This document shows, piece by piece, positions 56,375 to 64,000 of a stretch of DNA of 64,000 bases. Source of the stretch: a virus (Duplodnaviria > Caudoviricetes); IMG/VR virus record IMGVR_UViG_2901146262_000001, positions 67,961 to 131,960 of that record; one strand, 5' to 3'. The position numbers and the translations under genes are program-made. The notes under the pieces were generated by a model. It did no database searches. It was not told where the DNA came from and saw only the letters and a list, made by a program, of their open reading frames with translations. Each line of letters starts with the position of its first letter. Positions within the stretch are counted from its first letter, which is position 1.

Positions 56375-56878
56375 ATGGAAATATCAATTATAGCTGCTAT
56401 AGGAAAAAATAACGAAATCGGATTAAATAATAAGCTACTTTGGCACATCCCAGAGGATATGAGCTGGTTCAAACTTCAAACAATGGGCAAAACAGTAATT
56501 CTAGGAAAAAATACGCACCTCTCAATAAAAAAGCCTTTAAATGGACGGGTTAACGTGATCTTAACAAGAGACGAGACCTATCGTCCCCAAAAGGGCGTAA
56601 TCGTCTGTAATGGCATCAAAAACGCCTTGTATGAATTTAGACATGAAAAAGAAGTGATGGTATTGGGTGGAAGCGATATATATCGCCAAATGCTCCCATT
56701 TGCCACTAAATTATATTTAACTAAAGTAAATCACGAATTTGAGGCTGATTCATTCTTCCCAGAAATTGATTATGATGAATGGGATGAGTATTATTACAAA
56801 AAAGGTAAAGAAGATAGTAAATACAATTACAGTTTCCATGTATATTCAAGAAAATCATTTGACAGTTTAATTAGGTAA
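56375..56878 (+). CDS. dfrA: Dihydrofolate reductase
   Basis: IGLNNKLLWHIPED, VILGKNT, PLNGRVNVILTR, LGGSDIY, EADSFFP. Confidence 0.95.
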   Translation: MEISIIAAIGKNNEIGLNNKLLWHIPEDMSWFKLQTMGKTVILGKNTHLSIKKPLNGRVNVILTRDETYRPQKGVIVCNGIKNALYEFRHEKEVMVLGGSDIYRQMLPFATKLYLTKVNHEFEADSFFPEIDYDEWDEYYYKKGKEDSKYNYSFHVYSRKSFDSLIR

Positions 56879-56919
56879 CATTATAATATATATATAAGGG
56901 TTGCATTATCGCAGCCCTT
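56859..56919 (+). promoter_or_regulatory. SigA-type promoter with operator-like motif and 5' hairpin before dnaE
   Basis: TTGACA-17-TATAAT (56859-56887); hairpin AAGGGTTGC-ATTATC-GCAGCCCTT (56896-56919). Confidence 0.8.
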
Positions 56920-56939
56920 CAATTTTAAAGAAAGGGGTA

Positions 56940-59900
56940 ATGTACTTGTGCAATGCTTGCGATACAATAGGTAGTCAACCAACTAAATTTGTAAATCTAC
57001 ATGTTCATTCTTGCTATTCATTGTTGGATGGAATGAGTAAGGTTGAAGACATAGTTGAAAAAGTTAAGTCACTGAAGCAATCTAGCTTCGCCATAACGGA
57101 GCATGGAAATGTGTTCTCTGCTGTCAAGGCTCATAAGCTTGCAAAACAACATTCTTTGAAGCATATATATGGGATAGAATTTTATGTAATAGAAGACAGG
57201 TTTGTTAAAGATCCTAAGAGAAAGTTTTATCATCTAACTGTTCTTGCTAAGAATGAAAAGGGCAGGGTAAATATTAACGAGTTGTCATCATTAGGTTACA
57301 TTGAAGGATTCTACTCAAAGCCAAGAGTTGATCATCAGCTACTCAAGGATCATAAGGAAGGTTTAGTTGTACTAAGTGGATGTATGGCCAGTGAATTTCA
57401 GCAATCTTTAGCTGGTGGCAAGATAGGTGATGGAGACATTGAAATAACATCATCAAATATTGAAAAAGCCAAGGGGATAGCAAGATTCTACAGAAGCATA
57501 TTTGGTGAAGATTATTACTTAGAAGTTCAGTCTCACTCAGACTACAGACAACAAAAGTTGAATCGTGCAATTACAGACATATCTAGAGATTTAAATATTC
57601 CAATTGTAGTTACAGCCGACTCTCACTATGCCGATGAAGAAGATTTTGACTTGCACGGCATCTTTATACAGATTGGCCAGAATAGAGAATCAGGAGAAAC
57701 GTATAAAGATGGGCAGTTACAATCCGAGAAAGAAGCAAGGCAATTGTTGAAACCTGCACTGACAGATGAGGAAATTGATGAGGCAGTTAGAAACACATCA
57801 GTGATAGCTGATAAGTGTAATGTTAATTTGCCTTTATCTGCACCTATCATACCTCACATTGAGACACCCAAAGAATTCGAATCTGAAGCAGACTACTTGA
57901 AGCATCTGTGTGTGAAGGGGTGGAACAGGCTTAAAATAAATAAAAAGCCGAATAGGGATGAGTATCAGAAACGACTACTGTTTGAATTTGATGCTATTAC
58001 CAAGATGGGATTTGAGGGGTACTATCTACTGGTTGAAAGTTATGCAAACTCTGTTAAACGAAGAGGAATTGCAAGAGGTAGTGGTGGAGGAAGTCTGGTC
58101 GCATATTTGACCAATATCGTAAACATAGACCCAGTAAAGTATGGCCTTTACTTTGAGCGGTTCATTGACGTAGGAGCTTTAGACTTGTTAGAGCGTGGAG
58201 AGATGACCAGAAATGACTTGAAGATACCGGACTTTGATTTGGACTTTGGCAGAGAAGATAGGGATGTAATCATTGATTTTATCATCAACCGTTACGGGGA
58301 AGATAAGTTTGTTTCATTGGGACAATTTGGATACATATGGGATAAGACTGCGATCAAAGATGTTGGTAAGGTTATGAAGATTCCATTTGGTACAACTAAT
58401 AAAATAACTAAACTACTTGAAGAAGATACAATAGAAGAGGCAATCGAAGATGGGAGACTGAAAGAATACGAAAAAGAATATCCTAAACTATTCGATTACG
58501 CTAAGAAGATAGCTGGCACACCAAAGAGTTTTGGAATACACCCTTCCGGTAAAGCTGTAACAATCAATACTATGACTGACTATACTGCTGTTGGCAAAAA
58601 GGATGAAACCTTACTATTCCAAGGAGATATGCATGATACAGATGATCTGGGTATAGTTAAGATTGACATACTTGGATTAAGAACAATTGATGTAATGCAT
58701 GACACATTAGAATTGATAGGGAAAGATGAAGATTATATAGCTCCACAAAATTTAAACTTTGAAGATGAGAAGGTTTTGCAGGTATTTAGAGATGGGAATA
58801 CAGCCGGAGCCTTCCAATTCGAGAGTAAAGGAATGCAGAACACTCTAAGGAAGATGCAGCCGAATGGATTAGACGATTTAGGAGTAGCAAACGCATTATT
58901 CAGACCCGGAAGCATGAAGTTTATCGATGATTATGTAAGAAGAAAAAATGGAGAAGAGAGTGTCACATATCTTAATGACGATGTGAAACCCATTCTTGAA
59001 GTAACATATGGAATAATTGTATTCCAAGAGCAATTAATTGAGATTGGCAGATTGGCAAACATGAAAAATCCAGACTTATTGCGTCAAGCGACTGGAAAAA
59101 AAGATGCTAAACTGATGGCTAAGGTAAAACCAGAGCTAGTCAAAGGATTGGAAAACAGGGGTTGGGATGATGATAAGATTAATGAGTTATGGGATATAAT
59201 GGTAGAGTTCTCAAAGTACTCATTTAACAAGTCTCATTCCTTTGCATATGCCATGATTGCATATATGACAGCTTTCTTGAAAACTTACCATCCTAAAGAA
59301 TTCTTATGTTCATTATTGAATTCCTATATCGATGGAGGAGGTCAAGACAAATACGATGATATTGAAAAGATATTTAATGAAGCTAAAAGATTAAATGTAA
59401 ATATAAGGCTTCCAATTGGTCTTAGCGAATCTAATGACAGGTGTTATATAAAAGAAAATGATGTAGTCTATGGAATTCATTTAATAAAAGACTTGAATGC
59501 TGAATCAGCTAGAGATTTACATAGTCTATCGGATAATCACTATGACACATTCACAGAATTGCTTATCGACCTAGTTGAACATACCGCAGTAAAAAAGAAT
59601 CATATAAGTCATTTAATTAAATTAGACTTCTTTAAAGAGTATGGAGAGTCAGAGAGACTTCTTGCAATATATAACATGTTCCAAAATGGAAAAATGAAAT
59701 ACTTAAAAACATATGTAGATAAAACAAAAGTAAAACGTAGAGAATTATTGTTGGAATATGAAAAAGAAAATGGTGATATTATTAAATTTCCTACTAATGA
59801 AAAAATAATGTTTCAGAAAGACAAGTTAGGATTTGCTTATACAACACTAGATGTCCCACCATCTCATTGTGTCATTGTAGGAATCAATGATAAATACACT

Positions 59901-60122
59901 CCTATATGTAAGTTCTATCAGATTAAGACAGGTAAAGAAATTTCAGCAAAGATAAAAAAGAAAACTTTTTTCACCAATCAAGGTGAGCTGTGTTCTGTAG
60001 GTGATTACATAGAAATAAGAAATACATTCAAGGACTTCAAATGGCGTAAAGGTGAGAGTGGGTTTTACCAAGACGAGTCAGAACAGGAGCTGTTTGTAAG
60101 TAGTTTACAACACATTAAGTAG
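56940..60122 (+). CDS. dnaE: DNA polymerase III alpha subunit (YorL-like)
   Basis: LHVHSCYSLLDG PHP domain, ARGSGGGSL, PDFDLDF, KIDILGL, YSFNKSH. Confidence 0.96.
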   Translation: MYLCNACDTIGSQPTKFVNLHVHSCYSLLDGMSKVEDIVEKVKSLKQSSFAITEHGNVFSAVKAHKLAKQHSLKHIYGIEFYVIEDRFVKDPKRKFYHLTVLAKNEKGRVNINELSSLGYIEGFYSKPRVDHQLLKDHKEGLVVLSGCMASEFQQSLAGGKIGDGDIEITSSNIEKAKGIARFYRSIFGEDYYLEVQSHSDYRQQKLNRAITDISRDLNIPIVVTADSHYADEEDFDLHGIFIQIGQNRESGETYKDGQLQSEKEARQLLKPALTDEEIDEAVRNTSVIADKCNVNLPLSAPIIPHIETPKEFESEADYLKHLCVKGWNRLKINKKPNRDEYQKRLLFEFDAITKMGFEGYYLLVESYANSVKRRGIARGSGGGSLVAYLTNIVNIDPVKYGLYFERFIDVGALDLLERGEMTRNDLKIPDFDLDFGREDRDVIIDFIINRYGEDKFVSLGQFGYIWDKTAIKDVGKVMKIPFGTTNKITKLLEEDTIEEAIEDGRLKEYEKEYPKLFDYAKKIAGTPKSFGIHPSGKAVTINTMTDYTAVGKKDETLLFQGDMHDTDDLGIVKIDILGLRTIDVMHDTLELIGKDEDYIAPQNLNFEDEKVLQVFRDGNTAGAFQFESKGMQNTLRKMQPNGLDDLGVANALFRPGSMKFIDDYVRRKNGEESVTYLNDDVKPILEVTYGIIVFQEQLIEIGRLANMKNPDLLRQATGKKDAKLMAKVKPELVKGLENRGWDDDKINELWDIMVEFSKYSFNKSHSFAYAMIAYMTAFLKTYHPKEFLCSLLNSYIDGGGQDKYDDIEKIFNEAKRLNVNIRLPIGLSESNDRCYIKENDVVYGIHLIKDLNAESARDLHSLSDNHYDTFTELLIDLVEHTAVKKNHISHLIKLDFFKEYGESERLLAIYNMFQNGKMKYLKTYVDKTKVKRRELLLEYEKENGDIIKFPTNEKIMFQKDKLGFAYTTLDVPPSHCVIVGINDKYTPICKFYQIKTGKEISAKIKKKTFFTNQGELCSVGDYIEIRNTFKDFKWRKGESGFYQDESEQELFVSSLQHIK

Positions 60123-60137
60123 CTTTATAATATAACA

Positions 60138-60246
60138 ACTCAAGCAAAACGGTCTCAGTAGGCTAGTCTAGTCGCTTACTAAGACCTCTGCTCGACTCAT
60201 AAGGTGATAATTCCTGATGTAAGCCCAGTATATGCTTAAATTGGGA
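60138..60246 (+). ncRNA. Candidate structured RNA or leader
   Basis: Three predicted hairpins downstream of TTTACA-16-TATAAT; no Rfam family recognised. Confidence 0.35.
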
Positions 60247-60269
60247 TTTATATACGTATTAAAGAGAGG

Positions 60270-60476
60270 ATGTGTGAAATGAATCAAGTTAAAACAGCTC
60301 TTTTATTATCTTTAACAGTTGCGACATTGGCTGTAGTTAGCATTTTACTGGCAATTGCTACGATCTATGTATCGTCAATTAATATAGGTTTGGGCATCTC
60401 GGCAGTATTTGTATCATTATTTATATTCTTTTACTTATTGACTCTATTTATAGATATTTTTTTTGAAAATAATTAG
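60270..60476 (+). CDS. Small two-TM membrane protein
   Basis: Hydrophobic throughout; RBS GAGAGG. Confidence 0.6.
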   Translation: MCEMNQVKTALLLSLTVATLAVVSILLAIATIYVSSINIGLGISAVFVSLFIFFYLLTLFIDIFFENN

Positions 60477-60509
60477 GTAGTATTATAGTATAATTAGGAG
60501 GTATGTTTA

Positions 60510-61079
60510 TTGGCTAAAAAAATAGATTATGGAAAACTATTTGAGGAAATGTTTCAAAGCAGTAGCGAAAATCAAGGCCTATTCAATTTTAGAGTAAGGG
60601 ATGTTAATAGGATGGCATTAAAACCGGGGTTCACTACCCCAAAAAATAAATATGATTTCATTCTTTACAATCAGCCATTTTTATTTCCATTAGAGCTGAA
60701 GTCAACCAAAGAGAAGTCCTTTAGCTTTAGAGGTGAAAATCCAAAGATTAAGCAACACCAAATTGATGCTCTGACAAAAGACAATAAACACAATGGTGTA
60801 ATTGGCGGATTTATATTCAACTTCAGAGAACCAGAAGAAAGAGCCTTTTTCGTCCACATAGAAGATTTTAATAAATATACGCGAATAGCCGAACAAAAAA
60901 ACAAAGGCGTATATCAAGGTAGGCTAAATGAAAAATCAATTCCATTACATATAGTTGAACAAATTGGGGTTGAGATAAGAAGCATAAAGAAGAGAACACG
61001 CTATACATATTTCATTAAAGAAACATTAGATAGATTAATTGATAAATATGGAGGGGAGGATAAAAATGAACTACAATAG
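60510..61079 (+). CDS. recU: Holliday junction resolvase RecU-like
   Basis: GKLFE, YDF, LELKST, IKQHQI motifs. Confidence 0.8.
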   Translation: MAKKIDYGKLFEEMFQSSSENQGLFNFRVRDVNRMALKPGFTTPKNKYDFILYNQPFLFPLELKSTKEKSFSFRGENPKIKQHQIDALTKDNKHNGVIGGFIFNFREPEERAFFVHIEDFNKYTRIAEQKNKGVYQGRLNEKSIPLHIVEQIGVEIRSIKKRTRYTYFIKETLDRLIDKYGGEDKNELQ

Positions 61080-61203
61080 ACCAATTAAAGGAAGTGTTAA
61101 ACCATCAAATAATACGAGTGAAGAATCAATAAATAAAATCAAAGACATATTAGTTAACTTATCAATTGATTACATAAAAAATAATAGAAATATTACCAAT
61201 TAA
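61066..61203 (+). CDS. 45-aa protein, candidate recombination directionality factor
   Basis: RBS GGAGG; MNYNRPIKGSVKPSNNTSEESINKIKDILVNLSIDYIKNNRNITN; immediately upstream of the integrase. Confidence 0.5.
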   Translation: MNYNRPIKGSVKPSNNTSEESINKIKDILVNLSIDYIKNNRNITN

Positions 61204-61235
61204 TAGACAGGATTCTTCTTGTCTATTTTTCTTTT
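61202..61235 (+). terminator. Intrinsic terminator ending the early operon
   Basis: AATAGACAGGA-loop-TCTTGTCTATT followed by TTTCTTTT. Confidence 0.8.
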
Positions 61236-61247
61236 ATATGCGATAAT
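61219..61247 (+). promoter_or_regulatory. Possible integrase promoter
   Basis: TTGTCT-17-GATAAT with TG extended -10. Confidence 0.4.
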
Positions 61248-61294
61248 ATTAACCAACAACACTAATAAACAATACTATTAAGGAGGATGAATAA

Positions 61295-64000
61295 ATGTCA
61301 GAAGAACAAATATATGGAGTGTATATCCGAGTTTCTACAGATCAGCAATTCTCTCAGGGTGACTCAGTAGAGATGCAGACTAACTTAGCTAAAGAATTTG
61401 TTAAAAAAAACGGTGGAGTAATATATGGCGAACCTTATATAGAAGGTGGAGTCTCTGCCTCAAAGACAAAATTAAAAGACAGAAAGAAATTGATGGAATG
61501 CTTGAATGATGCTAAGACCGGATTGTTTAATAATTTAATAGTTTATAAGAGGGACAGACTGGCACGTAAGACAGAAGATTCATTAGCTATTAGAAGTATG
61601 CTAGAGTCTGCTAATTGCTCCATCCACTTTACTGCATCAGGAGAACAACAGATGGATCTAAATGATCCGTACTCTAAATTGATGGAGAATATACGATCAT
61701 CTTTAGATGAAATAGAATCTGCTCAAATTTCCGTTCGCGTTGGAGATACGATGTTTGATAAAGCTAAAAGAGGAGAGTTCTCTGGTGGTAATGTGACATA
61801 TGGATATCAAAACAATGATGGAATGTTAACTCCTATTGAATCTGAAATTCCCATTATAAAGGAAGTAGAAGACTTATATATGGAAGGATACGGAAAATAT
61901 TCAATAGCGAAATGGCTAGAAGGACAAAGTATCAGAGGGAGAGGAAAGCGTCACTCCAGAGCAACAAAGCTAAAACAACATAAGCGAAGTTCGGAAAAGT
62001 GGACTATAGATAACATAGATGCAATATTATTTAACAAAACTTACTCAGGCTATCTATTGTATAGGAAGAAGAACACAGATGGGGAGTTTGAAACTATCTG
62101 TGTTAAGTCGGATCAGATTGAATCAATTAGAAGTGAAGATACTCAGAATAAGATTGACTTAATACGCAAACAGAGGAATGAATCCAGAATGCCAGCAAGG
62201 AGATATAATACTTCATTCTTATTAACAGGTATTTTGGTATGTGGAGAGTGTGGACAAGAATACGCCTCACGAACCGTTACAAAGAAAAATGGAAAGAGAT
62301 ATTCTTATTATGTATGCAAAGGTAGAAGCGGAAATCACAAAGTTCATACATGTAAAAGTAAAGCATATAAAAGAGAAATATTGGAACAGTTTGTATTAGA
62401 AGAAGCAAAGATGTATTTGAGAAATTTTATTGACTCCAACTCTCACGCTAAGATTAAGGAAGGACTTGAGGAAAAAGACGAGACTTTAAGTTACCAATTA
62501 GATGAAGTAGCTCGACAGTTGTCTAAAGCACAAAAGGATTTTCAGTCAATTAGCAGATTGTTATTAGATTTAGACACAGAAGATGATATGTACGAAATGA
62601 TGAAAGAGATGTATCAGGAGCAGCAAAAAGAAGTTCTACTCAAAATGAACAACTTAAAAAAGTCCAAAGAAAAAATAAAAGATGAGTTAGATGTTCAAGT
62701 TGAGGAAGAGATAAATATTAATGATGTAATAGATCAGCTAAAGGATTTTAATAAAATAATTGAACATGCACCTACTCATACTCAGAAACAGCTATTGGAG
62801 AACTTATTTTCCAAGATTGAAATCGATGGAAAAGGAAATGTATCATACTCCCTAACATTTTCAATAGAAGGCAACAGTGCTACTGTAGGCTTTGGATCAG
62901 TAGGTGAGGTAAAAGACGATGAGGAAAATGGTGTTATGTTTATAGGTGGCGTAGGAGACACGACAACGCTTGTTTTAGCGCCGTTAGTAGCCTCGTTAGG
63001 TGTACCACTGGCGAAAATGAGTGGGCGAGGGCTCGGTCACACAGGTGGGACGATAGATAAGCTGGAATCTGTTCCGGGATTCCATGTAGAAATAACGAAC
63101 GACGAATTCATTGAGCTAGTAAATAAAAATAAAGTAGCCGTAGTAGGTCAATCAGGCAATTTAACACCAGCAGATAAAAAGATCTACAGTTTACGTGATG
63201 TTACAGCAACAGTCAACTCTATTCCATTAATCGCCAGTTCGATTATGAGCAAGAAAATTGCCTCAGGCGCTGATGCGATTGTTTTGGATGTAAAAACAGG
63301 AGCAGGGGCATTTATGAAGGAACTTGGCGATGCTAAAGCTTTAGCAGAAGCAATGGTTTCTATCGGAAATCAAGTAAATCGAAAAACGATGTCGGTGATT
63401 TCTGATATGACGCAGCCACTCGGCCATGCAATTGGGAATGCGTTAGAAATCAAAGAAGCTATAGACACGTTACAGGACAAAGGTCCCGAAGATCTAACCG
63501 AATTATGCTTGACACTGGGAAGCCAGATGGTTGTTCTTGCAGAAAAGGCGGGGAGCATAGAAGAAGCGCGAACAGTATTAAGGGAAAACCTTACAAACGG
63601 AAAAGCGTTTGAGCATTTTAAAACCTTTATCAGGTCCCAGGGTGGCGATGCCAACGTTGTAGATAACCCTGAATTATTGCCGCAAGCAGCTTATCAGGTG
63701 GAGTTACCGGCAATGTCGTCTGGTACCGTAGCAAATATTATTGCTAATGATATGGGTACAGCAGCAATGATGCTAGGCGCAGGTCGGGCCGATAAGGACT
63801 CATCAATAGATCTGGCTGTTGGCATTGTGCTGCATAAAAAAATAGGGGATCCGGTGAAAAAAGGGGAATCCTTATTAACCATTCATGCCAATCGGGAAGC
63901 GATTGAAGAAGTAAAAGAAAAACTATATGAAAGTATTGAGGTTTCCGATTCAGTCGTTCAGGCCCCAACGTTGATATATGATACAATAACAAAGAAATAG
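61295..64000 (+). CDS. Large serine recombinase (aa 1-550) fused in frame to the C-terminal 351 aa of host Pdp
   Basis: YIRVST catalytic Ser, DRLAR, recombinase domain, [12 protein letters not shown] zinc ribbon, coiled coil; no stop before GGVGDTTT. Confidence 0.93.
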   Translation: MSEEQIYGVYIRVSTDQQFSQGDSVEMQTNLAKEFVKKNGGVIYGEPYIEGGVSASKTKLKDRKKLMECLNDAKTGLFNNLIVYKRDRLARKTEDSLAIRSMLESANCSIHFTASGEQQMDLNDPYSKLMENIRSSLDEIESAQISVRVGDTMFDKAKRGEFSGGNVTYGYQNNDGMLTPIESEIPIIKEVEDLYMEGYGKYSIAKWLEGQSIRGRGKRHSRATKLKQHKRSSEKWTIDNIDAILFNKTYSGYLLYRKKNTDGEFETICVKSDQIESIRSEDTQNKIDLIRKQRNESRMPARRYNTSFLLTGILVCGECGQEYASRTVTKKNGKRYSYYVCKGRSGNHKVHTCKSKAYKREILEQFVLEEAKMYLRNFIDSNSHAKIKEGLEEKDETLSYQLDEVARQLSKAQKDFQSISRLLLDLDTEDDMYEMMKEMYQEQQKEVLLKMNNLKKSKEKIKDELDVQVEEEININDVIDQLKDFNKIIEHAPTHTQKQLLENLFSKIEIDGKGNVSYSLTFSIEGNSATVGFGSVGEVKDDEENGVMFIGGVGDTTTLVLAPLVASLGVPLAKMSGRGLGHTGGTIDKLESVPGFHVEITNDEFIELVNKNKVAVVGQSGNLTPADKKIYSLRDVTATVNSIPLIASSIMSKKIASGADAIVLDVKTGAGAFMKELGDAKALAEAMVSIGNQVNRKTMSVISDMTQPLGHAIGNALEIKEAIDTLQDKGPEDLTELCLTLGSQMVVLAEKAGSIEEARTVLRENLTNGKAFEHFKTFIRSQGGDANVVDNPELLPQAAYQVELPAMSSGTVANIIANDMGTAAMMLGAGRADKDSSIDLAVGIVLHKKIGDPVKKGESLLTIHANREAIEEVKEKLYESIEVSDSVVQAPTLIYDTITKK
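62920..62970. other. Prophage right attachment junction; crossover near 62943-62947
   Basis: Protein switches from phage-like ENGVMFI to the Pdp motif GGVGD where KHST is expected; sequence becomes more C/G-rich. Confidence 0.8.
62945..64000 (+). pseudogene. pdp: 3' part of host pyrimidine-nucleoside phosphorylase, split by the prophage
   Basis: [52 protein letters not shown]; roughly the first 84 codons are missing. Confidence 0.95.

Larger units (their letters stand above)
1..62944 (+). mobile_element. SPbeta-like temperate prophage, right arm (extends beyond the left edge of the window), integrated in pdp
   Basis: Dense co-oriented small ORFs; gene set resembling SPbeta yorF-yorM (SSB, ATPase, helicase, primase, RecJ, DnaE, 3D protein), RNR, thyA, YopX; terminal large serine recombinase abutting a 5'-truncated host gene. 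Confidence 0.93.

Noticed and set aside
49109-60122. Group I introns or inteins in nrdA, nrdB or dnaE (SPbeta has them in its RNR genes)
   Set aside because: The frames are continuous and of normal length, with no intein or homing-endonuclease insert visible
60138-60246. tRNA or hammerhead/pistol ribozyme
   Set aside because: No cloverleaf or TTC loop; CTGATG is not followed by the hammerhead core and the pistol pseudoknot is not evident. Kept only as an unassigned structured candidate
1-62944. Genome-wide UAG or UGA reassignment suggested by phage RF1 and in-frame stops
   Set aside because: Core genes end at TAG at their expected C-termini (SSB 21791, ATPase 22789, recJ 49100, dnaE 60122), TGA ends others normally, and long genes have no internal stops apart from the cases listed
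297-63992. Minus-strand ORFs in the supplied track
   Set aside because: They are antisense shadows of well-supported + strand genes, with F/S/L/I-rich composition and no recognisable motifs
61295-64000. A natural evolved recombinase-phosphorylase enzyme family
   Set aside because: Pdp begins mid-motif and base composition shifts at the junction, which is better explained as an attachment-site product

Overview
The window is almost entirely the right arm (early, replication and nucleotide-metabolism region) of a large SPbeta-like temperate prophage in a Bacillaceae host; prfA, prmC and pdp look Virgibacillus/Oceanobacillus-like (recall only). Every credible gene is on the + strand. About 130 small accessory ORFs surround a core set: SSB-like protein, Sak4-like ATPase, DnaB-like helicase, primase, RecJ, an ATP-cone NrdB with NrdA and NrdH, Gam, ThyA, DHFR, DnaE and RecU. 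The prophage ends at about 62945, where a large serine recombinase reads without a stop into the 3' 351 codons of the host pdp gene that it interrupts. Most notable observations: (1) a palindrome TAAAA-N6-TTTTA at dozens of accessory-gene junctions, plus two longer inverted-repeat-bearing versions, resembling an integron-like cassette system; (2) the integrase-'Pdp fusion with a candidate small directionality factor upstream; (3) phage-borne RF1 and PrmC, three genes with an in-frame UAG (one inside a hairpin splitting RecJ motif I), and about nine genes apparently starting at AUU/AUC/AUA; (4) early genes built from tape-measure/tail-like fragments. All family calls come from motif recognition by eye; no database search was run.
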